In this document: in pieces, positions 1 to 15,600 of the stretch
Numbering within the stretch: position 1 is the stretch's first letter
Layout of the letters: each line of letters opens with the position of its first letter
Assembly: GCA_973895155.1 (NCBI GenBank)
Contig: OZ316896.1
Span: forward strand, 13,310,549 to 13,374,548
Length of the DNA: 64,000 nucleotides
Source: Marsupella aquatica
Lineage: Eukaryota > Plantae > Marchantiophyta
Reading direction: 5' to 3'
Notes under the pieces: generated by a model
Databases searched by the model: none
Told to the model about the DNA's origin: nothing
What the model saw: only the letters and a program-made list of their open reading frames with translations
Translations under genes and position numbers: made by a program

Positions 1-679
1 AGTTCAAAGGTCGGATATGCAACTGGTTAACAGTCTTATCAATTTCTTGCTCAACGCTGTCAGCATAGTGCTTTGGAGATAGTTCAGACGACTGTAAGCA
101 GTCTATTGCAGTGGTTACAGATTCGATCATATAGTGAAACTAGTGAAAGACCAGTTTATATTGGCAAAATACGCACCAAGTATTCCTTGATCGCTTATTG
201 AGGAGAAGATCAAATATAGGAATCGAAGCAAGTAGTGCACAGTATGCTAGACCTTATAGCAGCGAAGGTCTTAAGGGCATCTAGACTTCTGCCTTGTCGA
301 ATGTTGAGTTTCAAAGGACAAGAGTCGTGTGAAAAATGGTCATGGAATTGTCCCCTACAGTCTGTGAAAACGAATTAATCCTGATGAGCAATGATGAGGT
401 ATATAACCCATGACTTTGGACATGGAAGCCTGTACAGCTTTTTTTGATTTTGGACTTGCAATCAACTCTTTCCATTGGGAGGCAACGTTGTTTTAAGTCT
501 TTCATTCACTCCGTCATATTTATCCTGTACTGAGAAGTAGAGACAGCCGGTCATTACTCAAGGCTGTCTGTTCTTGATGAAAGTGAGGAATGAACGCAAG
601 ATGACGTTGCGTTAGCCCTCTATGTGTGGCGCTTGGATGGCGGTCAGTATTAATTCACATATGGATTGGTTCAACCCAG

Positions 680-3600
680 GAATACACGAGAATTTATGAT
701 GTCACGGTACAAGGAAGTCGCTGAAATTGTTTTCAAGTACCGAGAGCATCGTGATCGTCTCGTTCGGCGCAGCATCACTGCGCTGCTTCCCCGAATTGCA
801 AATTTTCTTCGGGATCGATTCATAAATTCGTATTTGAAGGTACCTTTTTTTTTAATGTCCAGTGCACCTTGCTGATACTCCTCGTAGGTTACAAAGAGCT
901 GTTTCGAATCAAAATAGACTTCTCGAGATGGCTGTGGAATAGTTGTGCATATTGGCAGAACTATTGTTTTGATGTGGACTGTTCAGATGAGAGTTCAAAA
1001 CCATCCCTTGCACGCTTTATCAGTAGGTGGCAAGCACAGTGCCCCCATGGATGAATTGCTACAACTCCTCTATAAAGCTCGAGCTTGAGAAATCTTCTTA
1101 GTAGTGTGAAGAATCTTGGAATTGGATTGATACAGTCTACCTCGTTCGAAGGGGTGTGGGGGGGTGGAGTGTTGCATGGGGATACCGTAGGTGAAGATAC
1201 AAGTGGCTCAGAAGCCTTTTATAATTGTTTTCTTACTGTTTCTTTAAATTCTTTCTTCTTAGATCTGTATGGAGCATCTTATAAATGTAATGCGCAACCC
1301 TGCGGAGCGAGCAAGTGGGTTTGTTGCCCTTGGGGAGATGGCAGGTGCTGTTGGCAAGGAATTAATTCCTTATCTTCCGGTCATCACCAGTCTTATAAAA
1401 GATGCGGTATGCGCTCTCTGTTCTTTGAGTTCAATTCAGCTCATGTCAAAGTGAAGATGAGGACGAGCAGACGTCTCTGTTGTGGCTTTTGATTAGCGTG
1501 GGTACCGTGTTACGCAGATAACGCCTCGTAGGGGCAGGCCGTCAATGGAGGCTCTTGCTTGTATCGGGCACCTGGCGGAGGCCCTAAATGAAGACATGGA
1601 GGAATATGTTAGAAGCATGCTGGACTTGATGTTTGCTGGTGGATTGTCACCGACACTAGTTGAATCTCTGAGGCAGATATCTACCAGGCATGTCTACTTG
1701 TCATGGTCTACCCAGAGATGGCAAACGAGTAGATTTTTGCAAGTGTCGGATTTTTGACTTTTGTGTTCTGTATCAGCTCTAGAGTTTTTGGTATAGCCTG
1801 TGTTTTGTAGTTCAGCCTTGAACGTTGAGGTGTCTGATTTTTTTTCATTTGGCGTTCATATGTTATAGAGACCAAAGATCTGTAGGTGTTCCGAAAATGA
1901 AATTTTGTTTTACATCGTCTGTAAACCTAAGAGTTCTTGCTTTGTGGGGTACAGTCTACCTTCTCTTCTTCCAACGGTTCAAGAGAAGTTATTGGAATCA
2001 ATTTCTCTAGTATTGGCTAAGGCACCCTATAGATCTGGGAGAGCAGTGGGAACTACCCCCACGCGTTCTGTGGCATCCCCAAGCACTCCTGTTCCTGCTG
2101 AATATGTTGGTCCATCTCTCACACAGCTAGCTCTTCGTACACTCACTACATTTAATATTCAGGTATGTTTCAACTGTTTTCAGTTTTCTTGAAAGTATGT
2201 TAATATTACACCAAAAAACGGCTATGGAGATCTAATCGGCTCAAACTGCATGAGTTTCTCAATCTGCGATCAAGCCAGATTGTTGATTGATGCTTTAATG
2301 ACAAAAAGTAAAATGATAGTTTGCACTCGCAGTCATTTCGAGCTCAGGGTATCAAGGCTGGAAAACATGTATCCATGTCGTCCATAGAAAAATTGCCTAA
2401 CAGATCACTGGGGGAGTTCTATGACTAGCCTGGGATTGTTTATGTACCACTTACTCTTATGGTGCACTATAAATAGATTGCAGTGTTGTGATAGAGCCTC
2501 GTGAATGGCTTTTACAAGCTTTAAGGAGTAAATTCTGGCACGAAATGTCCTGAATGCAACGTTTGGACTTTTTTGTGTTTGAAATACAAGTCTTACAATT
2601 TCTGTCCATGAAAATCTCACGTGATGTGCAGCACCACGAGCTTCTTGAATTTGCTAGAGAAGCTGTTGTCCCATACCTGGAGGATGAAGACATTCTAACA
2701 CGTAGAGAGGCTGCTAATTGTTGTTGCCGGCTGGTGGAGCACTCTTCTCATGTTGCTTCTGTTGGGACACCATCTTCTCGACTGGTTGCCAATCGAGGTG
2801 GCCGTGCCGTTGGGATGGGCTTTCGTAGGCGGCGCTTGTTAATTGAGGAGGTATTACATCTTTGAAATGTAATGCTGGAACGATGTTCAGATTATCTTGT
2901 CTAAATCTATGGACTCAATCGTATTGTTTTGTCTTAATGAACTTGCAGATTCTCGAAAATCTCCTAGTTACCGCCGTTGCAGATGCCGATGCTAGTGTGC
3001 GGAAGGCTGTATTTGTGGCTTTAGAGGATAAGGAAAGTTTTAATGAGTACCTTGCGCAAGCCGACAGTTTACGAGCTATATTTATTTCCCTCACAGATGA
3101 GGTGTGGCTCGTTCTCTTATTCTGTAGAGCTACTCCATCGTGTTTGTGCAGTTGACCATTGCGCTTGACTTCGTGACCCGTTCAAGTGAAGATTATATTC
3201 TGTTGTAATTGTCATATCTGGATCTTTGGAAAGAAGTGGTAATGCCATACAAAAGACGAATCATGCAAATCTACAAGATTGATGTTTTTTCGAGGTTGAA
3301 GTTCATAACGGAGAACTTCTTATGTTTCAGTCCTATGATGTGCGAGAGCTAGCAATACGCAAGGCTGGCAAGCTGGCGGACCGGAACCCAGCTTATGTCC
3401 TTCCTGCCCTTCGCCGACATTTGCAGCAACTGCTGACAGATTTGGAGCACAGGTTCCCTTTCAACAAAACTCTATTGTGGCTGTCAGGAGGGTTGAGTAG
3501 GTCATAACAACAGTGTAAACTCCCAGACAACTACTGGACATGTCTAGTTCTCATATTCTTACAGGTGGTAGGAAGTATGTCCAATGAAGGGGTTGTCATT

Positions 3601-6600
3601 TGTTAATGGCTGTAGTTCTTAGCAGTTGTTTTGTTTTTGATGGCTAATGTTGTAGAAGCTTGTCCGTGTACTCTGGCAAACAGTGCTGACAGCAAAAATC
3701 GGGAGGAAAGTGCAAAGTTGTTAGGCTGCTTGATCAGCTCCTGTGAACGCCTCCTGTCACATTACATTGCTCCTGTTCTAAAGGTAATTGAATTGACTTT
3801 GCTGGATAATCCCCTTTTACTCTTCATTGCAATTTTAGACGGCAACAAGTGTTGCGAGCTTTATCTTCTCTGCATCTTTAAGCTAATCGGAGTATATGGG
3901 TTTGCTTAGCTGTTCCTCAGAGATTTTGCAAACCTTGACTGATAATTCTCTGTGAATATATGTAAGATATATGGCATTTTTGGTGAAAACTTTCACAGTT
4001 CCGTTCGTTTTGATCCGTGTTAATCGATTTTGTGGACGTTGTCACAGGCCTTAGTGGTGAAACTGAATGAAGGAGTACCTGGAAGTGGGAACAGTGGTGT
4101 TGTTGCCGGAGTACTAGCTACCATTGGAGAATTGGCTCGCGTGGTATGTGACTACATCTTTCAGACTCAGTTGAAGAATGAGATCAAAGGACTCTTATGA
4201 CGACTTGGTTAGTAGGGTTTTTGTTGTTATCATGTCCAAGACAGCTATGAAGGGAGCTGTCTTTGTATCTGGTTATGTGCCGGAATATTAGCTCTAAATA
4301 TCCTGAAAAAATATTTATTTCCGCATAATTAGCATTCTGCTGCTCATTGGGTTTCATTCTGACGGGTGGTAAGTCTTTTAGTGGGCTATACATATGTTCT
4401 TCTGCGGGTCCTCATAGAACTAAGACTTAACATGTCCTTATCAGGCCGAGGACAGTGTGTTACATTTTTGTCACGGGCAAAAGAACTTTTCCTGTGTTTA
4501 GAGTGTTCTAGGCGCCAAACAAACAAACAGAAAGTAGTTGTTGAAGCTGCTTGTTGTGACTTAATATACTTTTTCTGATTGCTCTTGCACGGCCACTTGT
4601 GCATAAATAATGGGGATTGTTGAATTTAGGGAGGCATAGCAATGAGACCTTATCTGGGCGAGTTAATGCCTTTAATTGTGGAGGCCCTTCAAGACTCTGC
4701 GTTTGAAAGCAAGCGGGAGATTGCAGTTGTTACTTTAGGACACGTTGTTGAGAGTACCGGGTAAGTTTTTCAACTGTGCTTCCACCTACATGTTAGGAGA
4801 TTGGCAGTTAATTTGATGTGGTTGAATTTACTGCTAGCTATCGTGCTGGATTTAGATACGGGGCTTATTGCGCTATTCCTTGTTGGGCAGGTACGTAGTT
4901 ACCCCGTATAATGATTACCCAGTTTTGCTTGGCTTACTCCTGCGTCTGTTAAACGGCGAGCTGGCGTGGTCTACAAGAAGCGTGGTATTGAAGGTATGTC
5001 AGACTTACCTCAGTACAAAAATTGAGGAGGAAATTAGCTATCCTCTCCATCTATCCCCACTCCCCTTCCCTCGCCGAAAGAAAATAAAACGCAGAAAAAC
5101 AAAAGGAAAAAGAGCGGACAAATGCCCCTTTAAACTGTCTGTAATCATGCATACAAGAGGGGGTCACTGCAGATACAGGGGATGCGAAACGAATTGAAGT
5201 GCTGACATTCAATTCGTCGCCTTAAAATGCTGTCTAGCAAGCCTTGCAGAATGTGACAGATGGATGTAATGGAGCTCTGTGTAGCGAAGTCAGCCAATGC
5301 ATAAGCTTAATTGTAAAATATCTGTTCAACACGAGAATGCTCCTATTGAACAAAAATTTGTACCGGGAGGGTGTCGCAGGCTGTGGATAATTGTCTTAAA
5401 AGTCCACTCCGACTTAAAGGTGCAACTACTCTTTGACTGCTCACACTGAACAAGGGTTTTTATTCAGGTGCTAGGCATAATGGGGGCCTTGGATCCACAT
5501 CAACATAAGCGAAACCAACTGACTCTTCAGGCTCCTTACGGTGAGAGTGGTCGGACAACGTCTGTGGAAAGTGGCACTCTCACACGGTCCATGGAAGATC
5601 TGCCGGTGGACAACTGGCATTCCGGAGGACTCTTCACCACATCAGAGGAGTACTATCCTACTGTAATTTCTGCATCTCTCTCAACAGTTTGTGATGCTTT
5701 ATATCATAAGACAAGCTTTGCCCGCATCAGTGATACATTAGTATCATTTCGTGTTCTTCGGCCAAAATTGTTGTGGATACTTGTCTTTCCAATTGGTGAT
5801 TGAAAGGTGGTAAGTGGCTGATTACCAAGGTATGTGTTTTAGCAGTCTACTGTCGGTCAATTTTCAGGTTGCTTCCACTCTTGGACTGAAATGGATCCTG
5901 AAAGAACTGTTGCGATGGTGATTGGTGCAGGTGGCAATAAATGCTCTGATGCGAGTCCTCCGTGACCCTGCTTTATCAAGTTATCATTTGAAGGTTGTGG
6001 GCTCACTGACATATATATTCAAGGTAAATAGAATTCCGTGATTCGGGCGTGGTACATTTGGGCTTTTGAATCCTCTGTTTAATCAATATTGGGGCTGGTC
6101 GCTATTGTGGCTTTGGTCGGTACTCATTACATAGTAGCCCAAAAGTATTTGCACGGCCTTGGGCTTCAAATAAATGCATTTTCACTTATAAGTCTCGCCA
6201 CCAAGCCAAACATTACCATTCCTGTGCACTTGGACAATTCGTTTCATATGCTTATTTCTTTACCATTTCCTCTTTGTGCATGTTTCTTCTTATCTATTAA
6301 TCTCATAGTCGACGAGTGCTCGTGATGTCTCTCTGTGCTTTCTCTTATGGTTTTTGAATTGTTGGTTCGGCTGTTATCCATTGAATCCTGGATGGTGTTT
6401 CATAAGAATGATACGCTTCCATTCTAGGTGGTCTTGCACACAAGAGGGTTCCTACTTGGTGGAATATCATTCTGACGCACGAGCTTTAAGTCACTTGTTT
6501 TTACTTGTTCTGGGTGCAGAAAATGGGCCTTGCTTGTGTGCAATATCTTCCGAAGGTAAACTATTTTGGACTTGATGGCCGTATTTGAACTCCCGACCGG

Positions 6601-9600
6601 CAAATGAGCACCCAGTGAAGAAAGACTGCGCAATACAACTCAGAGGTCTTCCAGCTGTTTTTGTCAGAAAAAAATGTGACCGAGAGATGATTACTTACTG
6701 GTAGTTGAGTGCGTACGATAACGTCGAACAATTTCAAAGCCTCGACATTTTGGGGTTATCTTGCAGGTCATGCCGGATTTGTTTCACGCAGTTCGAACTT
6801 GTGAAGAAGGATTGCGGGATTTCATTTTTTGGTGCCTCGCAGCTCTAGTCTCTATTGTGAGGCAGGTATGTCCACAACTTACCATGGAATTGTACATGCT
6901 CTGATGCATCTTCTGGGTATGGCTGCGCTGTGGAGTAAGATCGTATGGTTAGTTGCGTGTTCCCAGGTGTACATTAAAGAGATTGGGATTGATTTGCTGA
7001 AATGGTCGTCATGTCGTTCTCGTCTATAGTTCAAGCGAAGCTTTGGTCAAATGAAGTCTTCGAGATTAAGAGGTTGTCATATCTGTCTTGAATATCTAGG
7101 AAGCTCACTGTTCGTTTTGGGTGTTCACAGCATATCAGGAAATATCTGCCCGAGCTTCTCACCCTTGTGTCAGAGTTCTGGTCATCACTAATGCTACCCG
7201 TTTCGGGGAGAACTTCAGGTGGTTCTCCGGTAAGTGGAGGTAGTGTTAAATCGATTATGGCTATCAAGAACCTGTTTGTTTGCCATGCACAAGAAGTTTT
7301 TTGGGGTCACCAGTTGGGACGCGTTGGTATATGTGCCTCTAATTCAATTGGGCCTTGGAAATTTTTCCAGGTGCTAAATTTGGTCGAGCATCTCTGTATA
7401 GCACTCAATGATGAATTTCGAATCTTCTTGCCGGAAATACTGCCGCGGTGTGTCCAAGTACTAAGTGACGCAGAACGCTCTGGGGATTATACCTATGTTC
7501 CTCCAGTCCTTCACACGTTTGAAGTCTTTGGTGGTAAGCGTTGTCAGAATGTTGACAAATTGTGAAGCACTTGCAATGCAAATATTTATAAAGACATCAC
7601 TGCTGTTGACATTTGAGACTAAACTACATCGTTGAAATGATGCAGGGAGTGTAGATGAGCATATGCACTTATTGCTTCCTGCTCTAGTTCGTCTCTTTAG
7701 ACCTGATATAGAAGTTGCTCCATTGGAGACACGGCGTGCTGCTATCAAGACCCTTACCCGGCTCCTACCCCGCGTGCAGGTAACTCGTTCAGAAATGTCT
7801 GTTGTGGTACCAGGTTTGAGAATAGGGAAATCATAGTCTGGAGACTGCGGCTTTATGGTTGGGGCCCATGCGTTTATGCTTTTCCTGTCATCTTACATGT
7901 CCTTTAAGAGTTTGCAGGTTCGACATTCCTATTATACAGTTTGTCTACTGATTTTTGGAGATTGAGTGGGGAACGAGGTGCTTGTGCCCTTCCAGATGTG
8001 AAGTACGGCCAGATTAGGTCTTATAAATACAGTATTATGTGGTCTTGACTTCTGTGATCGTTGTCATTGGATGTGCAGGTTTCAGGCCATGTATCTGCGC
8101 TGATGCACCCATTCACTCGAGTTTTGGATGGGTAAGCAGACTATAGGACTCCAGGATAGTCAAATGTTTTACTGGCTGAAATGTTAATTTACACTGGTTG
8201 GTTATCGCTGACTTTCTAATGCGGGTGTTGCTGTTGGGACAGGGATGTTGATGAACTAAGGAAGGATGCGATAGATGCTATTTGTGCCCTGGCAATACCT
8301 TTGGGAGCGGACTTCATCATTTTCATACCATCAACACGCAAACTTCTTCAAAAGTATCGAATACAGGTTGGGATGCAACCTGAGAAGAAATTTTGAGGTC
8401 AAGTCTAGTTACTTGTCGATAGAAAAGGCATAATTATTACATCATACTTGGTGGGTCCAGACTTCAATGTAAGTTTGGGCTAGCCTTCAAAGCTTTGTTA
8501 CAAATATTCGACAAGAAAGGGATAATACTTTGCTGTGAAAGATTAATCAGAGTCTCTGGAGAGCATCTTCCATGAGGTCATGGGGCGCTTGATGTCATTT
8601 GTGGAGACGTGGTCATGAGACTCGATATGCTTAGAGCTGATAAGATTTTGATGATCTGTTTTCGTTCTAATGTTGAACAGCATAAACAATTCGATGAGAT
8701 TGAAGTCCGGCTACAGCGACGGGAGCCAGTAGTCTGGGATGTGCAAAGTATTCAGGATGCGGCTCCGGTTCCTCAAATTAATGACATACTGGGCTTACCT
8801 ACAAACTCCTTCCTTGGGACTGACACTGACGGAGACCGCCACCATATGGATAGTCTTGACTCTGGCATGCCACTTAAGGTTATGATTTCTCCACTAAACT
8901 TCTGTTGTTGTTTCCCAAATAGTTATGGTATTGCAAGGGGCTATAAAAGGGATGCGCATGAACATCGCTTAATGTATTGCAGCATAAGGTGGACAAACGC
9001 CTGGAAAGCCTGATGCATCTTTGAGTAAACTGCCGTAGAAGAGGCATTCTTGCCTATTGTGTCACTACTAGTACTCAATCCTTATCACTTCTAAATGTAC
9101 ACATAATACTCTAGGTTGCCTTCGGGGGAGCTTTCGATATTTGGATTTTGATACCTTTTAGATGTAGACAAGGTAAAGGAGACATTGTGCAAGATCGGAC
9201 AAAGTAAACGTGCTTGTCCGGCTATGGATGTAGACTCGTTTTCTGTAGTAGCCTGCCTCCTAAGTGGTCCTATCATGTATCTGTGGTCCAAAATTAGTTT
9301 GACTCCGTTTGAGATTGGAGTTAAAGAGATGGATGAGGAGATGATAATAACCAGTGAAGTTTTGATAGTTCTTCCACTACGATGTACTACGAAGAAAAGT
9401 CAGATCCACCTTGTAGATAATTTCGGGACCTGAAAGTATATTAAAATTTTCATGCAGGTGAATGAGAGTCACCTTAAGAATGCATGGGAGTCGTCGCATA
9501 GAAGTACCAAAGAGGACTGGACAGAGTGGATGCGCCATTTGAGCGTGGAATTGTTGAAAGAGTCCCCCTCTCCGGCACTGCGTACATGTGCTGGCCTGGC

Positions 9601-12600
9601 ACAACTACAGGTGAGCCAACTCTGTGAAAAGCAACGTTCATCTGGGCAGGATTAGGCGTAAATTACAAAATAGCCGGTAGGTGCATTGAATGAGTAACAT
9701 TGGAGTTGGTTCATGGGTGCTTTTTGGGACAATCCTCTTTATTCACGTGATTTGCAAGGTGTATACGGTGAGTGCCTTATAGTGTTTCTTAGCATTATTC
9801 CTGCCTTCCCAGTTAGGTGGTGACCGTCTGGATGTGCTAAAACGTGGTCTGAGGTCTAATCATCTTCGGGCATGTGGTGGCCCGACTTCAGTTGTTGATA
9901 TCTCCTTGTCCATTTGTGGCTCGAAATTCTTTCTTAGTTGCCGGGATGAGGAATGTGCTTGCAAACTCACAAGTGCCTCCACCCCTTGCAGCCACATGTC
10001 GCCCGGGAACTGTTTTGTGCTGGATTTGTTAGCTGTTGGTCTCAACTAAATGATGGGAACAAGGACCAGCTTGTGCACAGCCTTCAAAATGCCTTCTCGT
10101 CACCCAACATCCCTCCAGAAATTCTTGCGACGCTCTTAAATCTGGTACTGGTACAACCGAATTTTGTATGTTTTCAAAAGCATCGCTTAAGCAGCTCTCT
10201 GGAAGTTATGCTATCAGAAGGTATCCTAGAAAGCCCTTCTTTAAATCTTCGCTCTCTGTGATCTTCGAAAGCTGCGCGTGAGAGAATTTGATGCGTAGCG
10301 CCAGTTGTAGGATATACTGAAAGGATATTTTGTTCTATGTACACCAGGCAGAGTTCATGGAATACGGTGAGAAGCCGATACCGATTGATATTCGTACGCT
10401 GGGAGCATTAGCAGAAAAGGTTCGATAGTCTTCTTAATTGCTTGTGTTTTATGTATTGCCTTGAAGCCAATAGTCCACTGTAAAGGAGAGGATCCGTGGG
10501 ATTATTTGTTGATGCTTGCAAAGATAACTAAGTTGCAAGGAGATGGGAATCTCGTCACATTCTTTTGTGTCAGAATTTCTTATTGTCATTGTCTGTGGTA
10601 GTCATTTATGCATCAAGGAAATGATGGACTACAAACAACAGCAAAGCTTTTCCTAATTTAGGTGAAAGATTAGGGTTTAGGGTTGCTGTTAGGAAATCGT
10701 TGGGACCGCAATACCGCAATGGGACTGTAGCCCTAATCTAAGAAGTTGCTTTCGCTGCTCACCTGTGGCTTGATAGTCGCAGAGTCCCATGTTTCTCCTC
10801 TGGTCCCACAGATTTGAAAAGTGATTCCTTTCTTTATTTTACTCAGTCTAAAGAAACTTATTGAAGAAAACTGGAAGAAAATCTAATTCAACGTTACTAA
10901 GTGTTGTTTGCTTGTTGATTCCAGTGTCATGCCTATGCTAAGGCTCTCCATTACAAGGAGATGGAGTTCGCACAGGCAATGTCTACCGATCAGCACCCTG
11001 AAGCTGGAGTTGAGGCTCTCATCCACATCAACAATCAGTTGCAGCAGCATGAGGTAAGGACCCCATTTCGCTTGCTATTGTTTAGTCTAGCAGAGATTGT
11101 TGTAGTCATATCGGTTTCAGATAAATGGGAAGATTTTGTTTAAACTTGGTTGGTTTGTTCACTCTTCTTTGATGGTCGTTGTACATGAAGCGTAATTGTT
11201 ATAAAATCTCTTGTAGAGCTCGTGTTTGTTAGACAGCTTCCAATTTGTTCAAATGCTATATACGGTGTGGTTCTAATATTATTTTGGGCTCAACTATGGT
11301 CTGGGCACTTTCCCAGGCTTGGTTTTCTAGGATATATTATATGCTACGCAGGTTGTGATGTTTTCGGATTGTGGATAATATTTCTGGTGTGTAGGCAGCT
11401 GTGGGGGTCTTGGAATATGCACAACTCCACCTGGATGTACAACTCAAAGAAACCTGGTAATCTTCTTTCTGCAATGGACAAGATGACTGACGGAACCAGA
11501 GCTGCGGTATTGAAAGAGCCTTTGTGCTCCTGCTGTAGTGGTTCCTACGTATACATTGCAGACACATTGATGAACGTGGAACTTGTCTGGGTGTGGGATA
11601 TCTAATAGGTATGAAAAGCTACAACGATGGGAGGAAGCACTTCGTGCGTATGAGCAGAAGGCCGAAGTCTCCACTGGAGATGCAAAACAAGAGGCAATAT
11701 TAGGTTTGTGGGCATTCTACCCCTGGAAATGACAGGGTGACTGTTACTCGCCAATTGAGAGTTATAATTGATGGAGTCGTTTGTATTCTATAGATTCCTC
11801 TAGAAACAGAGAACAGAAGGTTCTCGGGAAGCATTGAAGGGGAGAGAGGGCAGGGAGGGTGTTATGACTAGGACGCAATCGGTTAAGTGCCAGGACATCC
11901 AGGATTAAATTTTTAAGCAAATAAGACACGAACACTACTTTGGATGAAAGGGTTTGTTTGTTGTATATTTTGCGGATGCCACTCATATTCATGTCAGCTC
12001 TGGGCAGAAATACACGTTGTGTAGATGGACAGAGTTACAAGCAGTCGTAAACATGGCGCATGTTTCTCTTTTGTCATGCACTAACCATTGCTTGGTATAT
12101 AGGGCAAATGAGGTGTCTGGCAGCTTTAGCCCGATGGGAGGAATTAAATGTCCTCTGCCGAGAATCATGGGACCCCGCAGACCAGGCGCGCCGACTGGAG
12201 ATGGCTTCCATGGTTAGTAAATCAATTCCGTTTACTGTCTCTCCACAAAACTGCCGAATGTGCCTTTTCCAATAACCAGTTCGCGCTTTTGCTATCCTCA
12301 ACTTCCTATAATAAAAGGGATCTGTTGCCAATTGTGGGAATTGAACAGGCCGCAAGTGCAGCATGGAATATGGAGCAATGGGAAGAGATGTCTCAGTATG
12401 TAAAGTGTCTTGATGATGGAAGTGATCCCAATGTGCGGATGTCCACTCCTGCTGCTACGGGCAGTGGGAGTGGGCGCAGCGATGGAGCCTTTTTCAATGC
12501 TGTCCTTTGTGTGAAGAATAAGGAAGTGAGTTTTCCATGGAGTATTTCCATAACACCTGTGGGCTAAAATCTCAATTGCCGTCCAGACTTTAATTTGTCG

Positions 12601-15600
12601 CTGAATTTGCTATGTTTATTCTCACTTGTAATTCTTTGGGAAGCTCCTGTTGCCTAAAGTCTTAGTTTGATGCATGGCAGTATGGACAAGCTAGGATGTA
12701 TGTCGAGAATGCTCGGAACTGTCTTGCCACGGAACTTGCTGCACTTGTAAGAAGCCTCCGCCTTCTCTCTATATTTGAGTTTGTCGCATATGTAGTTAAT
12801 CACGTCGCATTTTTTTTTAAAGTGAGACTAGATGATCCAAATAGCCTTAGTTGCTGGTCCTCCCTTGTACAATGCATAAAATCTTGGGCCTCGGCTCCAA
12901 CCTTGCTTAAGAACGAAGCAGTTCAGTAGAGTGCGCTTTTCAGGACAATTCGATCTCTCAGGTTTCGGAGGTATATTATGTCGAAAGAGGACCTCTGACT
13001 TGAAAGCACGACTGAAGTTACTTTTCTTACATTAAAAAGGAACGATTTTTGTGAGATACCTCCTAAAATGTATCCGCCCTTGATTTGCTTTCAGGTACTA
13101 GAAAGCTACGATCGAGCTTACAGCAATATGGTTCGAGTCCAGCAACTTGCCGAACTTGAAGAGGTTTGTAATATACATACAAGACGAGGTAGTCATGATT
13201 ACGTGAATCCTAAAGTGGTGAATCAAGAGTTGGGATAATTATCAGTAGGTTTTCTTCCGGCAGAGCAGATAGGGGTTGCAGGTTAGAATGTGAGTCCTAG
13301 TTTACAATTTCTGATAATCTTTTACTGTGGACAGGTCATTGACTACGCTTATCTCCCTAGTGGAAGTGAGAATGCACGTAGACCACTGATACACAAGATG
13401 TGGAGTGACAGAATCCTCGGCACCAAGAAGAAGGTTGAGGTGAGTACACAGTTTTCTTACGCTGTCTCGTGTTCATTGTGAAGCAGGATTGTTAGAAGGT
13501 GTTGATAAAGATATTAACAACCTGTTGTTGATATGAAGGTGTGGCAAGCTCTGCTTGCAGTACGGACATTGGCACCACTTATCAGAGATGACCTTGATAC
13601 CTGGCTAAAGTTTGCATCACTCTGTCGCAAGAGCGGGCGACTACGTCATGCAAGGGCCTGCTTAATTAAGCTTCTAAAGGTAAGATAAGGTCATTTGTAG
13701 ATTCCATTATATTTAGAGACGTTTGCTTGTTCGTCAAAAACTGTTATTGGGCCGATTGGTGACCACATGTCTTGTCTGATGGGACCTTTTCAAATTACTC
13801 AAAGGATGCAATTCCAGAGTTCGGTATCTAATTCCTATTTATAGCCGAATATCGTTTCTTTGAAGAGAACTCTTGTTTCCATCAGTAGAAAACTGATCTT
13901 CTTTTGGACTTTGTGAACGACAGTATGATCCTGAAGCTTCTTCGGAGGGCATACACTATACGAGTTCCCCACCACAGTTGATATTAGCCTACTTGAAGTA
14001 TCAATGGTCCGTCGCTGGTGACGAGAACAGGCGTTACGAGGCTCTTCATCGACTTGAGGTACGATCTAGATTAGTGGATTGGATAGAAAGTTCCCCTCTA
14101 CAGGCTATGACAATAACTATTGTATTTCAATAAACTGAGTATAACTATCACGTCTCCTTACAGATCAGTTGCCAGGACTTTCCCTGCTTTGCGATATAGA
14201 CACCTTTACCCCTTTCGGGCCTCTCAAAATCTACCTGTCAGCTTTACAAGCAATCATAGCAGTTGTTTGAACAAGCATCTACTTCATGTCTGAGACCATC
14301 TGATGCGTGGAAGGGATTTTTGGCAGGAGTTAGCTGTGGAAGTTTGTCCACCACATATGGCTGAAGCCATGCATTTCGCAAACCTCTCACCGTCTGGTAC
14401 CTCATCTGCTGTTCCTTTGATGGCCCGTATACATCTAAAACTTGGAGCGTGGAAGTGGAGGATGAATCCCAACTTGGATGAGGAGTCTATGATAAAAGGT
14501 CAGTGTCTTCTATCGTAATGCGCGTCAGGAGTAGTTGGCTCCATTCCTGATCGTGGAATTAATTGCAAACTTTGTTTTAAAATGGTTGGAGACAGCTTTT
14601 GTTCCCTATCTGACGTCCTTTACTGCTTGAAGTGAAGTTAATTAAACGTCACGATAGAATAGTGCCTGGTATGGTCATTACAAAGCCACACGTCGGTTTA
14701 TACCCTTCGTCAAGCTACTTCCTAATCAGACTGCAACGCTCCACCGTCAAGCTAAATGCTTTGGATGGTTCCAATGGGTAGCTTCAAAAGCAACCTAGTT
14801 AATTCCATATATCCCACTTGAATGGGTAGCTCTAACATATCAGTGGAGGAAGTGCCTTCTCTTCGTAAATCTGATTTTCTTGGTGCTGGTTTCATGCTGT
14901 ACCCAGAAATCTTGATGGCCTTTGGAGAGGCAACGAATCTGGCTAGGTGCTGGTCAAAGGCCTGGCATAAGTGGGCGCTTTTCAATACTGCTGTAATGTC
15001 TCATTACTTGCGTGGAGGGCACCCAGCATTTTCACAGTATGTTGTTGAAGCTGTGAGTGGTTACTTTTGCTCAATTGAATATGCGTCTGCAAACAAGGCC
15101 GGTGATGACAGCCTACAGGATATTTTGAGGCTACTTACCTTATGGTTTAATCATGGTGCCTCTCTGGACGTACAGGCGGCCCTCAAGGATGGGCTTAATC
15201 GTATAACTATTGATACTTGGCTTGTCGTTCTACCCCAAATCATTGCTCGCATTCATTCCAGTATCCCAGCAGTTAGAGACCTCATCCAGACACTACTAGT
15301 CAAGATCGGGGAAGAGCATCCGCAAGCACTGATGTATCCGTTGCTCGTAGCGTGCAAATCTCTCAGTGTATCACGTCAAACTGCTGCTCAACAAGTTGTT
15401 GACAAAGTTCGTCAACATCGGGGGCGCCTGGTTGATGAAGCTCAGATGGTTTCAAAGGAGTTGATTCGGGTTGCTATCCTCTGGCATGAAATGTGGCATG
15501 AAGCACTGGAAGAGGCTAGTCGTCTGTTCTTTGGAGAGCGCAACCCAGATGGGATGCTCAGTGTTCTTGCTCCACTTCATGACACGTTAGAGAAAAAGGG

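Noticed and set aside
840-3462. Pyrimidine-rich donors (gtaccttt at 840, gttcccttt at 3453) as U12 introns
   Set aside because: They do not match GTATCCTT and no clear U12 branch point was seen; treated as weak U2 donors.
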